In this document: positions 1 to 8,804 of the stretch, one piece after another
Position numbering within the stretch: position 1 is the first letter of the stretch
Layout of the letters: each line of letters starts with the position of its first letter
Origin: Actinomycetota bacterium
GTDB lineage: Bacteria; Actinomycetota; Acidimicrobiia; Acidimicrobiales; Ilumatobacteraceae
Length of the DNA stretch: 64,000 bases
Assembly: GCA_030685215.1 (NCBI GenBank)
Contig: JAUXQB010000278.1
Span: forward strand, 2,599 to 66,598
Direction: 5' to 3'
Program-made: the position numbers and the translations under genes
The notes under the pieces: model-generated
Databases searched by the model: none
What the model was told of the DNA's origin: nothing
Seen by the model: only the letters and a program-made list of their open reading frames with translations

Positions 1-2
1 CT

Positions 3-620
3 GTGGTGGCCGAGCTCGGTGCCGACGTGGTGGCGTTGCCGGCCGATCGGCACGATCAGACCGTGGCCGTCATCAGCCACGTGCCGCACCTCACCGCCGC
101 CACCCTGATGGGCCTGGCCAGCGAGCGTTCGGAGGAACACGCGGCGTTGCTGCGCCTGGCCGCCGGTGGCTTCCGCGACATGACCCGCATCGCCAGCGGC
201 CAACCCAACATCTGGCTCGACATCTGCGCCGAGAACCGAACGGCCATCCTGTCGGCGCTCGACGGGCTCATCGAAGGGCTGCAGGGCATGCGCCAGGTGG
301 TGCACGCCGACGACCGCGACGAGCTCTACCGTCGCCTCGCGCACGCTCGTGACGCCCGAGCCAACCTGCCCGTGCGGGGCACGCAACCCAGCGAGCTGGC
401 CGAGATGCGCATCCCCATCCCCGATCGTCCCGGTGCCGCCGCCGAGGTGTTCACGCTCGCCGCCGAGCTCGGCGTCAACATCGACAGCTTCGAAGTGGTG
501 CACAGCGTGGAGGGCAACCGCGGTGTCGCGGTGGTGCTCGTCGACGCGACGATGGCCGATGTGTACCGCGGTGGGCTCATCGCCCGCGGCTACCGACCCG
601 CCGTGCAGCGGTTGAGCTGA
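3..620 (+). CDS. tyrA: prephenate dehydrogenase, C-terminal part (5' end outside window)
   Basis: The ORF is open to the window edge. 'HDQTVAVISHVPHL...AAGGFRDMTRIASGQPNIW' is the TyrA catalytic/dimerisation region, followed by an ACT-like tail. It ends 8 nt before aroA. Confidence 0.8.
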   Translation: MVAELGADVVALPADRHDQTVAVISHVPHLTAATLMGLASERSEEHAALLRLAAGGFRDMTRIASGQPNIWLDICAENRTAILSALDGLIEGLQGMRQVVHADDRDELYRRLAHARDARANLPVRGTQPSELAEMRIPIPDRPGAAAEVFTLAAELGVNIDSFEVVHSVEGNRGVAVVLVDATMADVYRGGLIARGYRPAVQRLS

Positions 621-628
621 GCGGCCCG

Positions 629-1897
629 ATGGACGTCTACCGAGTCGCTCCCTTCGGCGCACCGATCGATGCGGTGGTCGAGGTTCCTGGGTCGAAGAGC
701 ATCGCCAACCGCGCGCTCGTGTGCGCCGCGCTCGCCGAGGGCGAATCCATCCTGCGTGGTGTGCCCGACGGCGACGACACGGAGGCGATGCTCGACTGCC
801 TGCGCGAGCTGGGCCTGGAAGCCGAACGCGACGGCGACGACGTGCGCGTGGCCGGTGGGCTGCGTTCGTTCAAGCGAGGGCCGCTCACGCTGTCGGCACG
901 ACTGGCGGGCACCACCTCGCGGTTCGTCACCGCCCTCGCCGCGCTCGGGCCAGGGCCGTACACGATCGACGGCCTTCCGCCGTTGCGGGCCCGGCCGATG
1001 GCACCCCTCCACGACGCGCTGGTCGCGATGGGCGTCGACGTGCATGCGCACGAAGGGTGGGGGCACCTGCCGGTCACCGTGCACGGGCCCGTCGACATCT
1101 CGCTCGACGAGGTGCAGCTGCGCGGCGACGTGAGCAGCCAGTACCTCACCGCACTGATGCTCATCGCGCCGTACTTCCCCAACGGCCTGCGGTTCGTGCT
1201 CACCACGCCGCTCGTGTCTCGGCCCTACATCCGCATCACCGCAGCCATCATGGAGGCGTTCGGCGTGCCCGGCGTGGGGCTCGGCGACCGCATCATCACG
1301 GTGCCGCCGGGTCGGTATGCGCCGCTCGACTTCACCATCGAGCCCGACGCCAGCTCGGCGGGCTACCCGCTGGCGGCGGCGGCCATCTGCGGCGGGCGGG
1401 TCACCGTGCCCGACCTCACCGATACCTCCATCCAGGGCGACGCGACGTTCTGTCATGTGCTCGCGCGCATGGGATGCGAGGTCAGCCAGGACAGCCGCGG
1501 CACCACGGTCAGTCGTACCGGCCGGTTGCACGGACTGAGCATCAACATGGTCGACCTGTCGGATCTGGTGCCCACACTGGCGGCAGTCGCCGCGTTCGCC
1601 GACGGGCCCACCGACATCCACGGCGTCGGGTTCATCCGCAACAAGGAGAGCGATCGCCTCACCGACCTGTGCATCGAGCTGCGCAAGGCCGGCATCGACG
1701 CCACCGACAACCCCGACGGGCTGGTCGTGCGACCGAGCACCCCGCACACCGCCACGCTGGGCACGCACCACGACCATCGGCTGGCGATGGCGTTCGCACT
1801 GGTGGGTCTCGGCGCCAGCGGCATCATCATCGAGGATCCCGATGTGGTGAGCAAGAGCTGGCCAGACTTCTGGTCCATGATCGAGGGCCTGCGATGA
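629..1897 (+). CDS. aroA: 3-phosphoshikimate 1-carboxyvinyltransferase (EPSP synthase)
   Basis: ATG at 629. 'VEVPGSKSIANRALVCAAL', 'LAGTTSRF', 'RNKESDR' and 'DHRLAMAFAL' are hallmark AroA motifs; 422 aa. Confidence 0.93.
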   Translation: MDVYRVAPFGAPIDAVVEVPGSKSIANRALVCAALAEGESILRGVPDGDDTEAMLDCLRELGLEAERDGDDVRVAGGLRSFKRGPLTLSARLAGTTSRFVTALAALGPGPYTIDGLPPLRARPMAPLHDALVAMGVDVHAHEGWGHLPVTVHGPVDISLDEVQLRGDVSSQYLTALMLIAPYFPNGLRFVLTTPLVSRPYIRITAAIMEAFGVPGVGLGDRIITVPPGRYAPLDFTIEPDASSAGYPLAAAAICGGRVTVPDLTDTSIQGDATFCHVLARMGCEVSQDSRGTTVSRTGRLHGLSINMVDLSDLVPTLAAVAAFADGPTDIHGVGFIRNKESDRLTDLCIELRKAGIDATDNPDGLVVRPSTPHTATLGTHHDHRLAMAFALVGLGASGIIIEDPDVVSKSWPDFWSMIEGLR

Positions 1898-2523
1898 CCG
1901 ACACGGTGGCCGCGTTCGACGTCGACGGCACGCTCACGGTGCGCGACTGCGTGAAGCCGTTCCTGCTGCGCGTCGGTGGCTGGCCGGCGGTGTCGCGCGC
2001 ACTGCTGCACAAGCCGGGTGCCACGCTCGGCGCCGCGGCCCGTCGAGATCGCGATCGGATGAAGGAACTGGTGGTGGGCGGCGTGCTGCGTGGCCGCAAG
2101 GTGGCGCACGTCGAGGCGTTGGGTGAGCAGTTCGCCGAGCAGGTGGAGGCCGGGTGGATGCGCGCCGACACGATGGGCCGGCTCCGCTGGCACCAACGTG
2201 CGGGCCACCGCATCGTGCTCGTCTCCGCCTCGCTCGGGCCCTACCTGCGGCCGCTCGGTCGCCGGTTGGGTGTCGACGACGTGCTCTGCGCCGAACCGCT
2301 GCGAGCGGGTGACGAGTTCGCCGACGGCCTCGACGGTGCCAACTGTCGTGCAGGGGAGAAGGTGCGGCGCCTCGATGCGTGGCTGGTGCTGCGACGCATG
2401 GAGGACGCCACCGTGTGGGCGTACGGCGACAGCGCCGGCGACCGCGAGTTGCTGGCCCGCGCGGACCACCCGCTGCTGGTCACCCGCACGTTGGTGTCGG
2501 CCGTGCCCTCGGGTTTCGAATGA
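1894..2523 (+). CDS. HAD-IB (SerB-like) family phosphatase
   Basis: ATG 1894 overlaps the aroA stop (ATGA). HAD motifs present: 'FDVDGTLT' (DxDGT), 'VLVSAS', 'YGDSAGDRELL'. Only the last 209 codons of track ORF 721..2523 are taken as real. Confidence 0.8.
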   Translation: MTDTVAAFDVDGTLTVRDCVKPFLLRVGGWPAVSRALLHKPGATLGAAARRDRDRMKELVVGGVLRGRKVAHVEALGEQFAEQVEAGWMRADTMGRLRWHQRAGHRIVLVSASLGPYLRPLGRRLGVDDVLCAEPLRAGDEFADGLDGANCRAGEKVRRLDAWLVLRRMEDATVWAYGDSAGDRELLARADHPLLVTRTLVSAVPSGFE

Positions 2524-3386
2524 TCCGCGCCATCGTCCGCGAAGCGCGGCCCAAGCAGTGGGCCAAGAACGTGCTCGTCTTCGCCGCGCCCGGCGCCGCC
2601 GGTGTGCTCGACAACTGGTCGTTCCTGTGGCGCACCATCCTCGCGTTCGTCGCGTTCTGCCTGGTCAGCAGCGGCACCTACTACTGGAACGACATCCACG
2701 ACGTGGAGGCCGACCGGCAGCATCCGACCAAGTCGAAGCGGCCCATCGCGAGCGGCACACTGCCCATCGGCGTGGCCAAGGTGGTCGGGTCGCTGATGCT
2801 GGGTGGCGGCATCGCACTCGCGTTCGGCCTGGGCTGGCAGATGGGCGTGGTGGCGCTCAGCTATGTCGTCCTCACCACGCTCTACAGCACGGTGCTCAAG
2901 CACGTCGCCGTCGTCGACCTGGTGGCTGTCGCCGCCGGTTTCGTGCTGCGCGCCATCGCCGGCGCCGTGGTCACCGACGTGAAGATGAGCACCTGGTTCG
3001 TGCTGTGCACGTCGTTCGGGTCGCTGTTCATCGTCACCGGCAAGCGGTTCGCCGAGCTGCGCGAGATGGGCGACAGCTCCGCCACGCGCGCGACGCTCGA
3101 CGACTACACGCTCCCGTTCCTGCAGACCGTGCTGTCGGTCGCCGTCGGTGCCACGCTCGTCACCTACTGCATCTGGGCGTTCGAGGTGCGTGAGGTGTCG
3201 GGCAGTTCGTGGCCGTTCTACGAGCTGTCGATCGTGCCGATGCTGACGGCGCTGCTGCGCTACACGCTCATCCTCGAGCAGGGCCACGGTGCCGCGCCGG
3301 AGGAGATCTTCGCTGCGGACCGCACGCTGCAGATCCTCGGCGTGGTGTGGGCGATCGTTTTCGGACTGGGAGTGTACGTAGGGTGA
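2520..3386 (+). CDS. ubiA: decaprenyl-phosphate phosphoribosyltransferase (DPPR synthase, UbiA superfamily, Rv3806c-like)
   Basis: ATG 2520 overlaps the HAD stop (ATGA). 'EARPKQWAKNVLVFAAP...YYWNDIHDVEADRQHPTKSKRPIASG' matches the Rv3806c-type signature. Multi-TM. Confidence 0.88.
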   Translation: MIRAIVREARPKQWAKNVLVFAAPGAAGVLDNWSFLWRTILAFVAFCLVSSGTYYWNDIHDVEADRQHPTKSKRPIASGTLPIGVAKVVGSLMLGGGIALAFGLGWQMGVVALSYVVLTTLYSTVLKHVAVVDLVAVAAGFVLRAIAGAVVTDVKMSTWFVLCTSFGSLFIVTGKRFAELREMGDSSATRATLDDYTLPFLQTVLSVAVGATLVTYCIWAFEVREVSGSSWPFYELSIVPMLTALLRYTLILEQGHGAAPEEIFAADRTLQILGVVWAIVFGLGVYVG

Positions 3387-3391
3387 GCAGC

Positions 3392-4135
3392 ATGCGATCG
3401 TTCGACGAGACGTTGGCGGCAGTCGACGGTGTCGATGGGTGGATGAGTCCGGATCAGGCCGCACGGCTGTACGCCGCGGCGGCCGCCACGCACGCCGGCG
3501 ACACCATCGTCGAGATCGGCAGCTTCCGTGGTCGCAGCACCATCGTGCTCGCCAGCGCCGCCCCGGCGGGGGTCGAGGTCGTCGCCATCGACCCCCACGC
3601 CGGCAACGATCGCGGTCCGCAGGAGATCGAGGGCTTCGCCGAGGCCGCGGCCACCGACCACGACGTGTTCAACGCGAACCTGGCTGCTGCCGGAGTCGCC
3701 GATCGAGTGCGCCACGTCCGCGCGTTCAGCGATGTCGCCCACGACGAGGTGCCTGGCGAGCCGGCGGTGCTGTACGTCGACGGCGCGCACCGGTACGCGC
3801 CGGCACGGGCCGACATCCGCGACTGGGGCCGCCGCGTACGGCCGGGTGGCACGTTGCTCATCCACGACTCGTTCTCGTCGCTCGGTGTCACGCTCGCGAT
3901 CGCACGCGAGCTGATGTTCGGCGGTCGTTGGCGCTACGTCGGCCGTGCCCGATCCCTCACCGAGTACTGCGCCGACCTCGACGGCACCTGGCGCAGTCGC
4001 GCCGGCAATGCCGCCCGCCAGCTTGCCCAGGTGCCGTGGTTCGTGAAGAACCTGCTGTTGAAGGTGCTCATCACCGTGAGGCTCGGTGGCGTGCTGCAGC
4101 GCATCACCGGCCGCGAACCGGAATGGCCGTACTAG
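3392..4135 (+). CDS. class I SAM-dependent methyltransferase (Methyltransf_24-like)
   Basis: ATG 3392 lies 6 nt after the ubiA stop. Motifs 'WMSPDQAARLY', 'IVEIGSFRGRST', 'LYVDGAHRY', 'GGTLLIHD'. The 3' end overlaps the dprE1 start by 13 nt. Confidence 0.75.
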   Translation: MRSFDETLAAVDGVDGWMSPDQAARLYAAAAATHAGDTIVEIGSFRGRSTIVLASAAPAGVEVVAIDPHAGNDRGPQEIEGFAEAAATDHDVFNANLAAAGVADRVRHVRAFSDVAHDEVPGEPAVLYVDGAHRYAPARADIRDWGRRVRPGGTLLIHDSFSSLGVTLAIARELMFGGRWRYVGRARSLTEYCADLDGTWRSRAGNAARQLAQVPWFVKNLLLKVLITVRLGGVLQRITGREPEWPY

Positions 4136-5496
4136 TGCCGTCGGCTCGTCGTCTGCTCACCGGCTGGGGTCGCACGAACGCCACCGTGGCGGAGGTGCTC
4201 GAACTGCCCAACCACGAGGTGCCCGCCGCGCTCAAGGAAGCCGGCGATCGAGGCGCGCTGGTGCGCGGACTGGGTCGCAGCTACGGCGATGCTGCGCAGA
4301 ACGCCGGCGGGCTGGTGATGCGGCTGCTCGGCTCGGCACACCAGTCGGTGGTCGACTCGGCGGCGGCAACGGTCACTGTGCCAGCCGGCGTGAGCATCGA
4401 CGATCTGTTGCGCGTGATCGTGCCGCGCGGGTTCTTCGTCCCGGTCACCCCCGGCACCCGGTTCGTCACCATCGGCGGCGCCATCGCCAGCGACATCCAC
4501 GGCAAGAACCACCACGTCGAAGGGTCGTTCGGCAACCACGTCGCGGCGCTCACGCTGCTGCTCGCCGACGGCACGCAGGTGGTCGTCGGTCCCCACCTGC
4601 AGCCGGAGCTGTTCTGGGCCACCGTCGGCGGCATGGGCCTCACCGGGGTCATCCTCGACGCCACCGTGCGCCTGCTGCCGATCGAGACCAGCCGCATGTC
4701 GGTCGACACGCAACGTGTGCCGGATCTCGACTCGCTGTTCACCGCGATGGCGGAACACGACGACGACTACCGCTACAGCGTCGCCTGGATCGATCCGCAG
4801 GCGAAGGGTCGTTCGCTCGGTCGCAGCGTGCTCAGCCGCGGCGACCACGCACGCCTCGACCAGCTGGGGCCGCGCGAGGCCATCGATCCGCTGGCGTACG
4901 GCGCCAAGCAGCTGGTCTCGATGCCGCCGCTCATCCCGCCGATGGGCGTCATCAACCACGCCACCGTCGCCGCGTTCAACGAGATGTGGTACCGCAAGGC
5001 ACCACGCCACCGTGAGGGCGAGCTGCAGACCATCGCCGGCTACTTCCACCCGCTCGACATGGTCGGCAAGTGGAACCGCATCTACGGCTCCAAGGGCATG
5101 CTGCAGTACCAGTTCGTCGTGCCGTTCGGTGAGGAGGAGACGATGCGAACGGTGATCGAGCGCCTCTCGGCGAGCGGCACCGCCAGCTTCCTCGCAGTGC
5201 TGAAGCGCTTCGGCCCCGGGAGCCAGGCGCCGCTCAGCTTCCCCGCCCCGGGCTGGACGCTGGCGCTCGACGTGCCCGCCGGTTCCAGCGGTCTCGGCGG
5301 CATGTTGCACAGCCTCGACCGCCTGGTGCTCGACGCCGGCGGTCGCCACTACTTCGCCAAGGACTCCGTCACCACTCCCGACGCCATCCGTCGTGGGTAC
5401 CCGCGCCTCGCCGAGTGGAAGGCCGTGCGCGACGGCGTCGACCCCACCGGCGTGTGGCAGAGCGACCTCTCCCGCCGCCTCGGCCTCACCGACTGA
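4123..5496 (+). CDS. dprE1: decaprenylphosphoryl-beta-D-ribose 2'-oxidase (FAD)
   Basis: 'LTGWGRT...RGLGRSYGDAAQN', 'GGAIASDIHGKNHH', 'LQYQFVVP' and 'FGPGSQAPLSFPAPGW' are colinear with M. tuberculosis Rv3790. ATG 4123 is in frame within track ORF 3439..5496. Confidence 0.92.
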   Translation: MAVLVPSARRLLTGWGRTNATVAEVLELPNHEVPAALKEAGDRGALVRGLGRSYGDAAQNAGGLVMRLLGSAHQSVVDSAAATVTVPAGVSIDDLLRVIVPRGFFVPVTPGTRFVTIGGAIASDIHGKNHHVEGSFGNHVAALTLLLADGTQVVVGPHLQPELFWATVGGMGLTGVILDATVRLLPIETSRMSVDTQRVPDLDSLFTAMAEHDDDYRYSVAWIDPQAKGRSLGRSVLSRGDHARLDQLGPREAIDPLAYGAKQLVSMPPLIPPMGVINHATVAAFNEMWYRKAPRHREGELQTIAGYFHPLDMVGKWNRIYGSKGMLQYQFVVPFGEEETMRTVIERLSASGTASFLAVLKRFGPGSQAPLSFPAPGWTLALDVPAGSSGLGGMLHSLDRLVLDAGGRHYFAKDSVTTPDAIRRGYPRLAEWKAVRDGVDPTGVWQSDLSRRLGLTD

Positions 5497-5510
5497 AAGA
5501 TCACCCACTC

Positions 5511-6272
5511 ATGGACAACGCGCTCGGCGAACCTCAGACCATCCTGCTGCTCGGCGGCAACAGCGACATCGGCCTCGCCATCGTGCGCGAGCTGCTCAGC
5601 CCGAACGCGCGCACGGTGGTGCTCGCGTGCCGCGACACGGGCAAGGGCGAGCAGGCAGCTGCCGGGCTGCGCCACGACCGGCTGGCAGTGCACGTGGTGC
5701 AGTTCGACGGCGCGGCCTCGAACACGCACGAAGCGCTGGTTCGCTCGATCGGCGAGCAGTACGGCGACATCGACCTCGCGATCATCGCGTTCGCGTTGCT
5801 CGGCGATGGCGAGGCCACGTCGAAGGATGTCGCCGCTGCCACCGAGGTGGCCGCGGTCAACTTCACCGGCGTGATGTCGGCCACCATCGCGGTGGCGAAC
5901 CGCATGCGCGTGCAGGGCCACGGTGCCATCGTGATGCTCAGCAGCGTGGCCGGCGAACGAGTGCGCGCGGCCAACGCCGTCTACGGCGCCACCAAGGCCG
6001 GCATCGACGGCTTCGCGCAGGGCCTCGGCGACGAACTCGCCGGCGAGGGGGTGCACATGCTGGTCGTGCGCCCGGGTTTCGTCCACTCGGCGATGACCGC
6101 CGGGCTGAAGGCCGCCCCGTTCGCCACCACGCCGGAGGCCGTCGCGGCTGCCACCGCGAAAGGCCTGCGTTCGAAGCGGCGCACGGTGTGGGCGCCGGGC
6201 ATCCTGCGCGTCGTGTTCATGACGCTGCGTCACGTGCCCGGCCCCATCTGGCGACGCCTGCCCCTCGGCTGA
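5511..6272 (+). CDS. dprE2: decaprenylphosphoryl-2-keto-ribose reductase (SDR)
   Basis: 'PQTILLLGGNSDIGLAI', 'IVMLSSVAGERVRAANAVYGATKAG' and 'VVRPGFV' are colinear with Rv3791. ATG 5511 is 15 nt after the dprE1 stop. Confidence 0.9.
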   Translation: MDNALGEPQTILLLGGNSDIGLAIVRELLSPNARTVVLACRDTGKGEQAAAGLRHDRLAVHVVQFDGAASNTHEALVRSIGEQYGDIDLAIIAFALLGDGEATSKDVAAATEVAAVNFTGVMSATIAVANRMRVQGHGAIVMLSSVAGERVRAANAVYGATKAGIDGFAQGLGDELAGEGVHMLVVRPGFVHSAMTAGLKAAPFATTPEAVAAATAKGLRSKRRTVWAPGILRVVFMTLRHVPGPIWRRLPLG

Positions 6273-6296
6273 CCCGCAGGCTGCCACCCTCCGGCC

Positions 6297-6388
6297 GCCC
6301 ACCATCCGAGTGCCAGCCGACCATCCGAGTGGCAGCCGACCATCCGAGTGGCAGGTGCACCCCCGTCGGGCCGCTCACACTCGGATGG
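6297..6388. repeat. structured intergenic repeat, copy 1: three tandem ~19-nt units plus one inverted arm
   Basis: 'CCATCCGAGTG' occurs at 6303-6313, 6321-6331 and 6340-6350. Its reverse complement 'CACTCGGATGG' is at 6378-6388. The same architecture recurs at 41838-41930. Confidence 0.85.
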
Positions 6389-6399
6389 CCCGCAGCGAG

Positions 6400-6777
6400 T
6401 CAGTCCTCTTCGGGGAGGTGGCAGACGGCCTCGACGTTGTTGCCGTCGGGGTCGCGCACGAACGCGCCGTAGTAGTTCGGGTGGTACTCGGGCCACACCC
6501 GTGGTTCGTGCAGCACCTCGGCGCCGAGACCGACCGCGGCGTCGAAGAACGCGCGAACCGTCGCCCGGTCGGCAGCCTTGAACGCGATGTGCGACTCGCG
6601 GAAACCTTCTCCCGAGTCGAACTCGCTGATCCAGAACTCGGGCTCGGGCGGCACCCCGAAGCCGATGGCGACGCCGAAGTCCATCATCCTGACGCCGCCC
6701 AGCGGCGCGAGGACGGTCTCGTAGAACGTGGCGCTGGCGGCCATGTCGGTGCACTGGATGCCGAGGTGATCGATCAT
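6400..6777 (-). CDS. VOC/glyoxalase-family protein
   Basis: 'MIDHLGIQCTD...HIAFKA...FVRDPDGNNVEAV' is the glyoxalase/bleomycin-resistance fold. ATG at 6777 is chosen over the longer track start at 6867. Confidence 0.8.
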   Translation of the reverse strand: MIDHLGIQCTDMAASATFYETVLAPLGGVRMMDFGVAIGFGVPPEPEFWISEFDSGEGFRESHIAFKAADRATVRAFFDAAVGLGAEVLHEPRVWPEYHPNYYGAFVRDPDGNNVEAVCHLPEED

Positions 6778-6913
6778 CTCGCCAGTCTGCCACCCCGCTC
6801 GCAGCGCCCCCGTCCGCCCGTTCGTGTCGCGGCTCCACCGACTCACACCCAGGTGGGGCCGCGACACGTGCGTTCGTGAACGGCCGCCGGGGGGCCGGCC
6901 GGCCGACTGGGCG

Positions 6914-8743
6914 TCAGCCTTGGGCGGCGCGTTCGGCGAGCTCGGCGTCGAAGTCGGCGCGGCGTTGCGTGCCGATGCCGATGCCGGCCGGGCTGATGCC
7001 GTCGCCGACGTCGCACTTCTGGTAGAGCAGCACGAGCGCGTCCTCGTAGTTGCCGACCAGGCAGAACTGGTCGGCGACCACCTGGTTGGGAGCGTCGCTG
7101 CCGAACTCGCTCGACGCGTTCGGCTCGAACCAACCGGTCCAGAAGTTGGTGAGGATCAGCCAGTCGGCGCTGGCGACGTCGTCGGCGAGGCGTGAGCCTT
7201 CCTGGTCGGCGAGGCCCGGGTCCATCTCGATGAAGAACGTCGCCGGCGTGAGCTCGGGGAACATGTAGTAGAACGCGGCGTCGCTGTAGATGGTGCGGCT
7301 GAGATCGGCCGGGCCGACCAGCAATCGCTCGCCGGGCGACGACAGCCGGTCGAGATCGTCGATGGCCGCCTGGCTGGCCGACTGCAGCGCCTGGTTACCG
7401 AAGAAGAACCGCCGGTGGTCGCGGGCGACCTCGAAGCCACCCGGCTTGTTGCCCACGGCAACTCGCGTCTGCAGCAGGTAGTACCGGTACGTGAAGAACG
7501 GGTTGACCACGAACATCGTCGCCGCGATGGCCGCACCCGCCACGAACCAGGCGTGGCGGGTGAGACGAGGTGCGATGCGAGGCACGAGCTCGACGAGAAG
7601 GCATGGGAGCAGCGCGAACGACACGCACGACCCCCACGCGAGGTGCGTGCTGTCGGGTCGCTGCATCGCCTGCGGAAGCATGCCGAGACCGAACAGCGAA
7701 GCGCCCATCAGCACCGTCAGGCGCGCCGAGCCACCATCTACGCGACGCAGGAGCCGCCACGCGATGAGAGGCAGCGCGATGGCGACGATGATGACCACGA
7801 AGAACCACACGAACAGCTGCTGGCTGGCAGCGAGCGACGGGAAACCCCACCACGGTGCGTCGAGCGGACCCTCGGCCACCGCCTGCAGGGCACCGTCGAT
7901 CTGGTTCCAGCCCGGCGGCCTCGGCAGTTCGCGGCCGGGGCGCAGATCGAACACCGGCTCGAGGAACATTCCGCGCACGCTGGGGCCGATGCCGGCCATG
8001 GCCAGGTGCACCAGGAACGGGATGGAGCCGACCGCCACGCCGATGGCCGCGGGCTTCCACAGCCGGCGCGTCTCGGCCCGCGGGTTGCCCTGCCACAGCA
8101 GCCAGCCGTGCACCAGGCCGAGCGCGAGCACCAGATCGGGGCGATAGCCGAGGGCGAACCCGACCAGCATTCCGGCGCCGGCGAGCGCCCGCACACGTGC
8201 ACGGCCGTCGGTGTGGAGTGCACGGATGCCGAGCACCACGCTCCACAGGCCGAGCGCGATGGCACCTTCCCACGCGAGTGCCGACAGCCCGATGGGAGTG
8301 AGCACCAGCATCGTGACGGTGACGGCGCTGACCACGGCCGTGCGGCGGCCCCAGGCCCGAGCCAGGGTGTAGAGGGCGAAGATGATGCCCAGGTGCTGCA
8401 GCAACCCGAACACCCGCTGGGTCTCGAGCGTGTCGCCGAACAGCCAGTACCAGCCCGCGAGCACGTGCAGGGAGAACGGCCCGTAGAGGTGGAGGAAGTC
8501 GACGTTGGGCACGTCGCCCTCCAGCACTCGCTGCGGGAAGGTGAGCATGAACCCTTCCTCCATCGAGCTGCCGGTGGCCAGGAACAGCCCGCGCAGCGGG
8601 ATGGCGATGACGACCGCGACCATGGCGAGCGCCAGCACCGACCGGAGATCGGGGCGGCGTGTGCGCCATCCGCCGAACGCTCCGCCGAGGACGAAGGGGA
8701 GATCGGTGCCGGCGGGCGACGGCGTAGCGGTGGCTGCAGGCAC
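6914..8743 (-). CDS. multi-pass membrane protein with C-terminal soluble domain; candidate GT-C glycosyltransferase (family unassigned)
   Basis: About 12 hydrophobic segments. The first loop carries acidic 'SSMEEGFMLTFPQRVLEGDVPNVDFLHLYGP'. GTG 8743 is preferred because a TAGAGT hexamer lies 7 nt upstream. The ATG at 8815 would overlap the divergent GT4 start. Confidence 0.6.
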   Translation of the reverse strand: MPAATATPSPAGTDLPFVLGGAFGGWRTRRPDLRSVLALAMVAVVIAIPLRGLFLATGSSMEEGFMLTFPQRVLEGDVPNVDFLHLYGPFSLHVLAGWYWLFGDTLETQRVFGLLQHLGIIFALYTLARAWGRRTAVVSAVTVTMLVLTPIGLSALAWEGAIALGLWSVVLGIRALHTDGRARVRALAGAGMLVGFALGYRPDLVLALGLVHGWLLWQGNPRAETRRLWKPAAIGVAVGSIPFLVHLAMAGIGPSVRGMFLEPVFDLRPGRELPRPPGWNQIDGALQAVAEGPLDAPWWGFPSLAASQQLFVWFFVVIIVAIALPLIAWRLLRRVDGGSARLTVLMGASLFGLGMLPQAMQRPDSTHLAWGSCVSFALLPCLLVELVPRIAPRLTRHAWFVAGAAIAATMFVVNPFFTYRYYLLQTRVAVGNKPGGFEVARDHRRFFFGNQALQSASQAAIDDLDRLSSPGERLLVGPADLSRTIYSDAAFYYMFPELTPATFFIEMDPGLADQEGSRLADDVASADWLILTNFWTGWFEPNASSEFGSDAPNQVVADQFCLVGNYEDALVLLYQKCDVGDGISPAGIGIGTQRRADFDAELAERAAQG

Positions 8744-8750
8744 GGCGGCG

Positions 8751-8756
8751 ACTCTA
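8751..8756 (-). promoter_or_regulatory. -10-like hexamer TAGAGT, 7 nt upstream of GTG 8743
   Basis: TANNNT motif read on the minus strand, at leaderless-type spacing. Confidence 0.4.
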
Positions 8757-8798
8757 GTGATCGAGGCGGCGATCCAACGGTCTCCCGGTTCTCTTCGA

Positions 8799-8804
8799 TA
8801 CCCT
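8799..8804 (+). promoter_or_regulatory. -10-like hexamer TACCCT, 9 nt upstream of ATG 8814
   Basis: TANNNT motif. It sits back-to-back with the minus-strand hexamer at 8751-8756. Confidence 0.4.

Noticed and set aside
590-1777. 395-aa minus-strand ORF, plus the 5' 390 codons of ORF 721..2523
   Set aside because: Both overlap aroA (antisense and alternative frame respectively). Only the last 209 codons of 721..2523 show HAD motifs, and a proper ATG overlaps the aroA stop.
6303-6354. The tandem 19-mers considered as a tiny CRISPR array or a coding repeat
   Set aside because: There are only three directly abutting units with no unique spacers and no cas genes. The units are explained better as one side of a hairpin-forming intergenic repeat.
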